In this document: piece after piece, positions 18,187 through 25,188 of the stretch | Layout: every line of letters starts with the position of its first letter | Numbering within the stretch: position 1 is the stretch's first letter | Virus record (IMG/VR): IMGVR_UViG_3300040971_000358 | Location: 1-35,167 of that record | Source of the DNA: a virus | Taxonomy: Duplodnaviria; Caudoviricetes | Reading direction: 5' to 3' (one strand) | Length of the DNA stretch: 35,167 nt | Made by a program: the position numbers and the translations under genes | Notes under the pieces: model-generated | What the model was told of the DNA's origin: nothing | Database searches by the model: none | What the model saw: the letters and a program-made list of their open reading frames with translations, nothing else

Positions 18187-19191
18187 ATGAAAATTTTCAA
18201 AGCTTTGAAATTTAGAGGTATCGACATCAGCGTGTTCAATTTCTTCAGTGGGCACATCCCAACGAAAGAAGAATTGATGCTGGCCATCAACATGGGGATC
18301 ATGTTTATCTCAATCCGGGTGGGCTACGGGCGGGTGATTGATGCGCTGTTCAAGGTGGTGTGGTGGATCTTCAAGCAATTGGGGATGAAACGCTTCCCAT
18401 ACTGGTACCTGGATTACTACAGCCACAAAAAGCTGGGAATTGATCCCGCAGCCTGGGGCAAGGAACAGGCTGAAAACGCCTGGCGTGTGTTGAAGGACGA
18501 CCCGGGTGAGGGTCCGCTGGCTTGTGATATGGAAGAAGCGAGCAAGAATGTTGGTGCGTGGCCAATCAACCTGCTCACCCGCAAGGAATACAACATTATT
18601 GCCAGGGCTTTCTGTGAACACTTCACCAAGATTAGCGGCCGCAAGGTGATCATTTATTGTTCGATCGGATTTCTTGATCAACTTTATGATTGGGCGAAGG
18701 ATTATGACCTGTGGGTTGCATGGTACAACCACACGGTGACGAAGGCGACGATCGAAGCAGCCATGGCCAAACGCAAATGGCGCGGCCGCGCGCGATTCCA
18801 TCAGTATGACCGGGATGGCAACACGGATGGCGACGGCAAGAAGCGGGGCAAAGAGTTCGGTTTTGATGTCGTCAACCTGGATCTGAACGAAGCTCTGATG
18901 ACCGAAGCTGAATGGGATGCTTATTGGAAAGGACACCAGGTGACGAGCGAAGATCAAACACTGCTGGATCTGAATGTGCTTTTCTTGCTGGATGTGAAGA
19001 TCAGCAACCTTTCGGTGAGGATCGGACCTGGGAAGTCATTTAGGGCGATCAGGAACAGCGGAAAGGGTCTTTTCAAGGTATATGAGACCAAACGACCGCT
19101 GGGTGAGGCTTATGATTTCGTCAGGATATCGCAGACACATGACGAGTGGGTCAGCATGGACCCGAAGTATTCAAAGGCGATACCTAAATAA
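18187..19191 (+). CDS. Endolysin, GH25 muramidase with SH3b-like C-terminal domain
   Basis: GIDIS, IRVGYG, acidic D-M-E motif, IIYCS, LWVAWY, FHQY, LDLN; C-terminal LSVRIGPG. Confidence 0.88.
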   Translation: MKIFKALKFRGIDISVFNFFSGHIPTKEELMLAINMGIMFISIRVGYGRVIDALFKVVWWIFKQLGMKRFPYWYLDYYSHKKLGIDPAAWGKEQAENAWRVLKDDPGEGPLACDMEEASKNVGAWPINLLTRKEYNIIARAFCEHFTKISGRKVIIYCSIGFLDQLYDWAKDYDLWVAWYNHTVTKATIEAAMAKRKWRGRARFHQYDRDGNTDGDGKKRGKEFGFDVVNLDLNEALMTEAEWDAYWKGHQVTSEDQTLLDLNVLFLLDVKISNLSVRIGPGKSFRAIRNSGKGLFKVYETKRPLGEAYDFVRISQTHDEWVSMDPKYSKAIPK

Positions 19192-19222
19192 GGTTCTCCA
19201 GCATCTTGCGTGCTGACGAACG

Positions 19223-19268
19223 ATCCCCGGAAAGGCTAATAATGCCTAATAATTCCGGGGATATTTTT
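19223..19268 (+). terminator. Late-operon intrinsic terminator
   Basis: ATCCCCGGAA...TTCCGGGGAT followed by ATTTTT. Confidence 0.65.
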
Positions 19269-19304
19269 AATGAATGGTGTAGAATAAATCATTATTGGTA
19301 GATT

Positions 19305-19334
19305 AAGCAGGATCCCGGCGCCGGGATCCTGCTT
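19305..19334. repeat. Perfect 30-bp palindrome (second terminator-like hairpin)
   Basis: AAGCAGGATCCCGGC|GCCGGGATCCTGCTT followed by TT. Confidence 0.85.
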
Positions 19335-19456
19335 TTATAGGCAAATTAAGATTATATTGATAATGAATCAAGCATTTGTATACCAATTGATAGCTAAACG
19401 CTTGACAATTTGGTATATAATAAGCATACAAATTCGGGTAACGGGGTTTCAACTCA

Positions 19457-19813
19457 ATGGATATTGAAAACATCATTGCTTATGATCCAAGAGGAATACC
19501 AGTTACTCTAGAAGAATCAAAATTGAATTGGATGCTTGAAGATAAACATCCGGAGCTTAACAAAAGAATAAAAAAGAATCACGTCGTAGAGACGATCTCG
19601 TCCCCCCAGCAGGGGATTATTTATTTATCAAAACAATTTGCCGATAGTAATATATACTATCGAAGGTTTGCCGAATTCAAATCGGAAGTGATGGTTGTGG
19701 TCTCATTTGACCACCCCGGTTATGGGTTGATTAGGACCATTCATTTTTGTTTGATAAGATCAAATGGAGAGAAAATAGTATGGCCACCAAAATTGACGAA
19801 CAGCAACAATTAG
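19457..19813 (+). CDS. Putative BECR/RelE-BrnT-fold ribonuclease toxin
   Basis: KHPEL..VVETISSP..IYYR..VMVVV...G.IRT..GEKIVW pattern of toxins found upstream of DUF2283 genes. Confidence 0.6.
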   Translation: MDIENIIAYDPRGIPVTLEESKLNWMLEDKHPELNKRIKKNHVVETISSPQQGIIYLSKQFADSNIYYRRFAEFKSEVMVVVSFDHPGYGLIRTIHFCLIRSNGEKIVWPPKLTNSNN

Positions 19814-20247
19814 GGATTGATTGTTCGTATCTTTCAAAATTCAAAGAAAATAAAATCGAATCATGTTACATGATGTACGATGATATTTCTGATGAATTAA
19901 TCATGAAATTCATTGAACCTGTACATCCGACGGCATATTACTATATTGATGAGACTGCTGCCTTGATCATTGATGAAGATACAAATGTTGTTATCGGTTT
20001 GTCTTTACTTAATTTCAAAGCAAGCATACCAGACGACAAAAAAACGGAAGATGCTGGCACTGCTGAATTTGAAAAATCGATTACAAGACAGTATCAGAAG
20101 GTTAATAACCCGTACTTCAAGAAACCGGCCAAGGTTGAACCAAATTCGAAGGCAAAGAACCTTGGACTGGATGTTGCTGGTATTTATAGCGGTCTTTTTA
20201 GAAAAAGGTATTCAACGAGTCTAGAACGTGCAATGTGTGATAATTAG
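19780..20247 (+). CDS. DUF2283-like putative antitoxin
   Basis: YDDISDELIMKF...LIIDEDTNVVIGLSLLNF. SD GGAG; overlaps the upstream gene. Confidence 0.6.
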   Translation: MATKIDEQQQLGIDCSYLSKFKENKIESCYMMYDDISDELIMKFIEPVHPTAYYYIDETAALIIDEDTNVVIGLSLLNFKASIPDDKKTEDAGTAEFEKSITRQYQKVNNPYFKKPAKVEPNSKAKNLGLDVAGIYSGLFRKRYSTSLERAMCDN

Positions 20248-20248
20248 C

Positions 20249-20278
20249 AAAGACCGCCTTTAGAGGCGGTCTTTTTTT
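20249..20278. terminator. Bidirectional intrinsic terminator
   Basis: AAAGACCGCCT-TTAG-AGGCGGTCTTTTTTT between convergent genes. Confidence 0.85.
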
Positions 20279-20316
20279 GGTTTCAATAACCATCATTATC
20301 AAAACCAAAAACCGGT

Positions 20317-21243
20317 TTACATATAAATATTATTTTGCAAGGTAGGGCTTTCAGCTGTTATCGGAATACTGTCCAACCTTACGACCTTTCCTGGCTGATA
20401 AATTATTGCTGAGGTTGAATACGATTCTACTGGAATAATTCCCCGTAAAACTAGCTCATTAAAGGTAACTTTTCTTGGGGCTTCATCACCATCTAAAACC
20501 ATATCATATAGAAAAGCATCTTGGAGACATCTAATTTGAATTCCGCTTTCTGGCCCATCAGGTTTTAGCCACCGACAATTTACACCTATGATTCTCCCAT
20601 TATTGTTTATCAAGGGACCACCACTTGCCGCGCTGTGACTGTGAATTGTTGATTGTAAGTATGGATATGGACAAAAAACCTTATCTCTAAAATCGGCAAC
20701 CTCTTCGACTAGACCCTCATAAAAATCTGGGGAAAAAATACAGTTTTGTCTATTATCACTTTTTGTTATTTTATGATTTGGATATGCATAGAGGCAAATC
20801 CTATCATTAATACTTGGTTTATTCCATGATATACACCAGTGAAAATTTGTTTGAAACTCCCCAGTTTTTTTATGATGACCATTTGCCGCCACCCCTAAAG
20901 CTATATCGGCTTTTTCCCCGACCCAGCATTGCATAACAGGTCGAATTGAATAATCGAATTGGCCAAAAAATCCATTATGGAAATAAGCATGAAATATTGC
21001 TAATGGTTTAATTTGTTTATCCTGCTCAAAGACGTCCTCTATGACATGCTTCGCAGTTACAAATAAACCATCGGGGCTTATATAAAAGCCTGTTCCAATT
21101 AATTGCCATTCACCAAATTCATCATGCGTCATAAGTGGAAAAGTATGGTTTATTGGGTTAGGAATTGGGCCATGATCAGCAAAAAACTTCCATAAATTCC
21201 CCCCGGCAGATCCTTCCAATGGAAGCAATTCCTCTTTATCCAT
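20317..21243 (-). CDS. Trypsin-like serine protease (cytoplasmic)
   Basis: GTGFYI..FVTAKHV (His), DIAL (Asp), ASGGPL..GRIIGVN (Ser). No signal peptide. Confidence 0.85.
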   Translation of the reverse strand: MDKEELLPLEGSAGGNLWKFFADHGPIPNPINHTFPLMTHDEFGEWQLIGTGFYISPDGLFVTAKHVIEDVFEQDKQIKPLAIFHAYFHNGFFGQFDYSIRPVMQCWVGEKADIALGVAANGHHKKTGEFQTNFHWCISWNKPSINDRICLYAYPNHKITKSDNRQNCIFSPDFYEGLVEEVADFRDKVFCPYPYLQSTIHSHSAASGGPLINNNGRIIGVNCRWLKPDGPESGIQIRCLQDAFLYDMVLDGDEAPRKVTFNELVLRGIIPVESYSTSAIIYQPGKVVRLDSIPITAESPTLQNNIYM

Positions 21244-21246
21244 GTA

Positions 21247-21549
21247 TCAAAACCCCTTCTCTACCTGCGGACCGTTGCCGGCACGGATAACTTCAATCCC
21301 ATCAATTTTAATTAATGTCAATCTCTCCCCGTTGTACATGAACCGATCACCCGCCCTGATGCGATTGATGAGGATGTTTCTATCGAAACGCCACTCACGG
21401 ACGAGCCCATTGTCGTTATTGTGCTGCAGAGCGATGACACTTTCAACCCTGGTAGGATCTTCCCCATATTCTAGCTCGGTGACCTCGTACCAGAAGTATT
21501 CGTGGTTCGCCATTGGCGCTTCGGATTGAGGAAGGTTAAGGTTTGACAT
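21247..21549 (-). CDS. DUF3892-like small protein
   Basis: RNILINRIRAGDRF....LIKIDGIEVIR resembles DUF3892. Tightly packed in the operon. Confidence 0.45.
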   Translation of the reverse strand: MSNLNLPQSEAPMANHEYFWYEVTELEYGEDPTRVESVIALQHNNDNGLVREWRFDRNILINRIRAGDRFMYNGERLTLIKIDGIEVIRAGNGPQVEKGF

Positions 21550-21551
21550 AT

Positions 21552-22040
21552 CTAACTCTCACACCCTATGCCATCATTGTCACGATCGAATCCATGTGGA
21601 TCTGGTCCAACAACTCTGAACCTTTTGAACTGTATCTGCCCACAATCAAGATCAGGCGGGTAAGGGGCGATGCATACATCCGGATATGAGGCATCACAAT
21701 TCGATGATTGAGCTTTTGTTGGCGCTATAACAACAGGTACCTTAGTTGGTTTTTGCGTTGGTTTGATTGTCGGCTTTGGCGTACTGGTCGGTGCCGGAGT
21801 ATCGGTTGGGGTGATCGTTGGTGTCTCAGTCAGTGTTGGGGGTGGCACTGGGGTATCGGTGAGAGGGATGAATGGCGTGTTGGTTGAAGTAGGCACGATC
21901 GTATATGTAGATGTAAAGGTTGCTGTTGGTGTCATTGTTGGATCTGGCAATATTGTTGTAATGGGTTCAACAAATCCTGCAATGATGGTCGCACCTAGAG
22001 CAGTCATAGCTACAACTTTCAATACACCTGAACGACTCAT
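21552..22040 (-). CDS. Membrane-anchored Thr/Pro-rich protein with Excalibur Ca-binding domain
   Basis: N-terminal TM, PT-rich linker, C-terminal CDASYPDVCI..DLDC..DPHGFDRDNDGIGCE. ATG 22040 after SD GGAGG. Confidence 0.8.
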   Translation of the reverse strand: MSRSGVLKVVAMTALGATIIAGFVEPITTILPDPTMTPTATFTSTYTIVPTSTNTPFIPLTDTPVPPPTLTETPTITPTDTPAPTSTPKPTIKPTQKPTKVPVVIAPTKAQSSNCDASYPDVCIAPYPPDLDCGQIQFKRFRVVGPDPHGFDRDNDGIGCES

Positions 22041-22052
22041 TCTCCCCTCCAA

Positions 22053-22190
22053 TCAATTCTTGAAATTGATGTTGGCCAACACGCTGCAGACAATCGATAA
22101 CAACACAAACCCGATAATAATGATCACGGGGCCGAAAGCACCCCACAAGGTTTCAAATGGACCAGGAACATGAGGACGATGCCGGCACAT
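22053..22190 (-). CDS. 45-aa single-pass membrane protein (not in ORF track)
   Basis: MCRHRPHVPGPFETLWGAFGPVIIIIGFVLLSIVCSVLANINFKN fills the gap between co-oriented genes. Confidence 0.55.
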   Translation of the reverse strand: MCRHRPHVPGPFETLWGAFGPVIIIIGFVLLSIVCSVLANINFKN

Positions 22191-22194
22191 AATC

Positions 22195-22527
22195 TTATGG
22201 CATTATTGCAGAACAGCCCTGGATGATCACTCCTACAATTACCAGAACAACGAAGAAAGATAAAGTTGACCGGATGGAATTAAGGGTGTTTGTTTGCTTC
22301 TTGGATTCTTGAAGAATCGCATCTGTTTTCGAAAGTAATATTGCCTGAAGCTGCTCAGGAGATGCCAACTTAATATCAAAAGTTGAGGATGCCAGCGTCG
22401 GATTCTCTTCTTTCACAATTTTCATGCAGTCAACACAATAATCCAAGCCATTGAATTCCTGGATCAAGACGCCGGGGCCAAATGCTGACTGTTCTTTGCC
22501 ACACTTTGAACACTTTCGATTTGCCAT
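22195..22527 (-). CDS. Zn-ribbon protein with C-terminal TM
   Basis: CSKC...CVDC plus hydrophobic C-terminus. SD GGAGG. Confidence 0.7.
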   Translation of the reverse strand: MANRKCSKCGKEQSAFGPGVLIQEFNGLDYCVDCMKIVKEENPTLASSTFDIKLASPEQLQAILLSKTDAILQESKKQTNTLNSIRSTLSFFVVLVIVGVIIQGCSAIMP

Positions 22528-22547
22528 AATTACCCTCCCTATTTACT

Positions 22548-23123
22548 TTACCTACATAGCTTTTCAGATAGTCTTTGCTCTAATCTTTTTGCATAACTTT
22601 CAACGTCTGCCTTAATAATAGTACCCATAAATTGCATGTGGACTGCATAAGTACACTTTTTGAATGCAACATCTACTGTGCCGTTCATGAACATGAATTG
22701 GGAAGTCGCCAGACTTTCATCTCCAATACCTGGATCTGAAGGATCACTACTAATCATATTTTCAATAATTGATGAATAAGCAGAATTTGAGTCTTCATCT
22801 TTTTCATAAACCAAAATGCTGACAATCCCACCTAGCCCACTCCCCTTTTGAAGAGCCTGACTAAACCAGGAAATTGGTAATGGGGCTCGCTTGGCTACGT
22901 CACCTAACTCTGATCTCACTTGCGATTCTGAATACCCAGGGGGCAAGTCTCCATCTTCAAAAATCAATAATGACAAATCAATTTCACTTAGGGGTATTTG
23001 TGTTGGTGTTGGCGCCGCTTTTTGAGTCGCCTCAATTGCTTTCTGAATCGCCTCAGGCGAAGGAGCGCAGCCGGCAATTATTAAACCAAAAATTACGAAC
23101 ATTAGAAATCGCTTAGTTTTCAT
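22548..23123 (-). CDS. Lipoprotein
   Basis: Basic N-terminus, hydrophobic core, lipobox IAGC, then APSPEAIQKAIEATQ..PTPT. Confidence 0.8.
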   Translation of the reverse strand: MKTKRFLMFVIFGLIIAGCAPSPEAIQKAIEATQKAAPTPTQIPLSEIDLSLLIFEDGDLPPGYSESQVRSELGDVAKRAPLPISWFSQALQKGSGLGGIVSILVYEKDEDSNSAYSSIIENMISSDPSDPGIGDESLATSQFMFMNGTVDVAFKKCTYAVHMQFMGTIIKADVESYAKRLEQRLSEKLCR

Positions 23124-23143
23124 TTTCCCTCATTATTTCACTA

Positions 23144-23172
23144 TTGCAATTATAGAACATTTGCGCTATTAT
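23144..23172 (+). promoter_or_regulatory. Promoter convergent on the repressor gene, with degenerate LexA box
   Basis: TTGCAA-17 nt-TATTAT. Spacer contains AGAAC-ATTT-GCGCT (2 mismatches to AGAAC-N4-GTTCT). Confidence 0.5.
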
Positions 23173-23216
23173 ATTCGTTACTTACTTATGCCGTTACCTT
23201 TCACCCGGGGAGCATT

Positions 23217-23429
23217 ATGAAGGTTTTTTATCATTGTGTATTGGACCCATCACTTAAAGATTTATGGATGATGGTTGATGTCGATTATCGATCAGGAGTA
23301 GTCTCGATGAAAAAATTAGATGATTCTTTGTCCGAAACGAATCGACCCGTTACCCCAATGCCATATATTCCTAAGATCTCAATCACTTTTTGGACAGCTT
23401 CTGGTGAATCCGGAGATGTTTCGTTTTGA
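23217..23429 (+). CDS. Small hypothetical protein, candidate antirepressor
   Basis: SD GGGGAG and an upstream promoter. Overlaps the repressor 3' end antisense by 145 nt. Confidence 0.4.
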   Translation: MKVFYHCVLDPSLKDLWMMVDVDYRSGVVSMKKLDDSLSETNRPVTPMPYIPKISITFWTASGESGDVSF

Positions 23430-23749
23430 ATTAGATATTTTTCCATTTCTATTTTTGCTCTTATAAGTCGTTCACGTATATCGCCAGGAAAAGACGCCAA
23501 TGAATCGTCTGAAATCTGATTAAAACCAAGAATTATTAACAACGAATTATCGTTTAATTTCTCACATATTATCTTGGCATTTGGAAAAGATGGATCCCGA
23601 CGCCCATTCATCCAATGACCAAGGGCTGCTTCACCTACTGTTAAATAACCAGCAAAATCACCGATAGTTTTTCTTTCGCCTTCAAGTTGTTGCCATTGAA
23701 GGAATTTTTGATTTAACCATTTTGAGGATTTGTTTGCCATATTAATCAT
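23285..23749 (-). CDS. CI-like immunity repressor (XRE HTH, no S24 peptidase domain)
   Basis: TIGDFAGYLTVGEAALGHWMNGRRDPS HTH. Divergent from the early operon; start 23749 (SD AAGGT) or 23740. Confidence 0.85.
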   Translation of the reverse strand: MINMANKSSKWLNQKFLQWQQLEGERKTIGDFAGYLTVGEAALGHWMNGRRDPSFPNAKIICEKLNDNSLLIILGFNQISDDSLASFPGDIRERLIRAKIEMEKYLIQNETSPDSPEAVQKVIEILGIYGIGVTGRFVSDKESSNFFIETTPDR

Positions 23750-23780
23750 TTTATTACCTTGTGTAATTAAAAACTCATGC

Positions 23781-23818
23781 TTGACAAATGTTACAACAGT
23801 TGTATAATCATACGTATG
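23781..23818 (+). promoter_or_regulatory. Early rightward promoter with operator palindromes
   Basis: TTGACA-16 nt-TATAAT (23781-23808). TACAAC-A-GTTGTA (23792-23804) overlaps spacer and -10; CATACGTATG at 23809-23818. Confidence 0.75.
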
Positions 23819-23843
23819 TAGGAAAAACATACAGGTGATGTGA

Positions 23844-24023
23844 TTGAAAACACAGGTTACTTTATCGCTCGAAATTGAATCCAGGGTAAAGCTTGAACAG
23901 CTCGCTGCCCAATCAGATACCTATATGTCCACAATCGTGGAGGATCTGATAGAAAAAGAATTTAAAACCAAAACGATGTCTGATCAGTTGCTCAAGGAGA
24001 TCGACCCCGCGGTTGAGAATTAG
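23844..24023 (+). CDS. Ribbon-helix-helix (CopG/Arc-like) protein in the Cro position, 59 aa (not in ORF track)
   Basis: TTG start after AGGTG. KTQVTLSLEIESRVKLEQLAAQSDTYMSTIVEDLIEKEF has RHH strand-helix-helix spacing. Confidence 0.7.
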   Translation: MKTQVTLSLEIESRVKLEQLAAQSDTYMSTIVEDLIEKEFKTKTMSDQLLKEIDPAVEN

Positions 24024-24196
24024 TTTTTGTTTTCATAGATAGTTTATAGCACTTTCAGATGGTTATACACATCCGGACGAATTCGGGTGTATTTGGGCTG
24101 CAAATAGCTGGAAATAGTTGAAATAGGATCAATCCGGGTCGGAACCGGATGAATTAACCCTTTACAGGGCGCCCATAGAACGGGCGGGAGGACAAC

Positions 24197-24493
24197 ATGG
24201 CAACAGAAACGAGAGAATGGCCAAACAACTGGATGCACTTACGTGATTGGATGGCTGAATGTGAAAGAGGTAATTTGACCTTGTTGATGAAGCTAAAGGT
24301 TTCAAAGATGAACCCTGAAGATGAGGAAATAATAGAAACCATTATGACCAGAACAATGATCAACCTTAGAGCCCTTGAAAAAGCAGGTGCTCAAACTGAC
24401 CCTCTTTCAGAGCTTCAAAACATTGTCGAAAACAGTGAAGGCTCATTGCTTTTGCTGCCACAAACATCGAGATTTCAGCAGGTTCCTGCTTGA
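24197..24493 (+). CDS. Hypothetical early protein
   Basis: Strong SD GGGAGG, early-operon orientation. Confidence 0.65.
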   Translation: MATETREWPNNWMHLRDWMAECERGNLTLLMKLKVSKMNPEDEEIIETIMTRTMINLRALEKAGAQTDPLSELQNIVENSEGSLLLLPQTSRFQQVPA

Positions 24494-24718
24494 ATTCTGC
24501 ATTGCTCCTCTGAGCGCAGCCGACACCTTTGAACCGTGTTGGATGAGCCCCCGGGCGGGTAGAACCACCTCCTTGCCCCGCCCGGGTCCGAGGAGAAAAA
24601 AGAAGGCTGGCAAATACAGCCAGCACTCGCAAAATACGCTCGAAGTTCACCGGTCTGACCGGATAACTCATTAGTGGTAGAAAGTGCAAGACAGGGTCCG
24701 CAAGACCGGTGGACCTGA

Positions 24719-24790
24719 TGCGGGATAGAGGAGTGGCACCTCGCAGGGCCCATAACCCTGAATTCGGTGGTTCGAGTCCACCTCCCGCTA
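24719..24790 (+). tRNA. tRNA-fMet (CAT), initiator type
   Basis: Full cloverleaf TGCGGGA/TCCCGCT-A, D GAGG/CCTC, AC CAGGG-CCCATAA-CCCTG, T GGTGG-TTCGAGT-CCACC. 1:72 mismatch, A11:U24, three G:C pairs in the AC stem. CCA not encoded. Confidence 0.9.
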
Positions 24791-24803
24791 CTTGTAACAC
24801 CCT

Positions 24804-24874
24804 GGCCGACGATGATCTGACATGCCCCCCTCATGCCAGAGGATCACCACCGTTCGAACCGGTGACGGCCACCA
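24804..24874 (+). ncRNA. D-armless tRNA-like RNA ending in ACCA, with CCCCCCU loop
   Basis: GGCCG/CGGCC-ACCA acceptor, CACCG-TTCGAAC-CGGTG T-arm, long stem TGATC-TGACATG/CATGCCA-GAG-GATCA. Confidence 0.65.
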
Positions 24875-24910
24875 TTCTTTTATGCCAAAAAGAATCTGGA
24901 CCAGGAAGAA

Positions 24911-24963
24911 GGTTTATTGTCGGTGGCTCTGAGGCGTCGGCCAAATCCGACGGGCGATAAACC
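24911..24963 (+). ncRNA. Three-way structured element with T-arm-like hairpin
   Basis: GGTTTATTGTC/GGCGATAAACC closing stem with an inner CGTCGG-CCAAAT-CCGACG hairpin stacked on the 3' strand. Confidence 0.35.
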
Positions 24964-25014
24964 AAGACGTAACTCCTCTACACGTTCAAGCGGATGGAAG
25001 GCCGCAAAAAAATC

Positions 25015-25093
25015 GAGAGAGTGGCGCAGTGGATAGCGCGGGATCCAACGGAAGCAGAGGATCCAGACGTCGGTTCGAATCTGACCTTTCTCG
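25015..25093 (+). ncRNA. tRNA-like RNA with expanded, non-decoding anticodon loop
   Basis: GAGAGAG/CTTTCTC-G acceptor, GCGC-AGTGGATA-GCGC D-arm, GGATCC-AACGGAAGCAGA-GGATCC, GTCGG-TTCGAAT-CTGAC T-arm. Confidence 0.75.
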
Positions 25094-25188
25094 AATTTCC
25101 CGGCCGGGGTGCTACCCCCCTCACCCTGGCCGGGAGGAGGATGCACTAATTTTTTAGGGGGCCAAATTTGCGAGGGAGGTACCACCCG

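Noticed and set aside
16725-19300. Diversity-generating retroelement or invertible tail-fibre cassette
   Set aside because: No reverse transcriptase or invertase, and no template/variable repeat pair seen.
24803-24943. 9-bp complementarity TGGCCGACG (24803-24811) / CGTCGGCCA (24935-24943) as an RNA switch
   Set aside because: One 9-bp match within ~700 GC-rich bases is compatible with chance; it needs covariation support.
24640-24963. Hammerhead or HDV-like/theta ribozyme next to the tRNA
   Set aside because: No CUGANGA...GAAA core. The GGCCGAC start resembles HDV P1, but the P1.1/L3 and J4/2 elements are missing.
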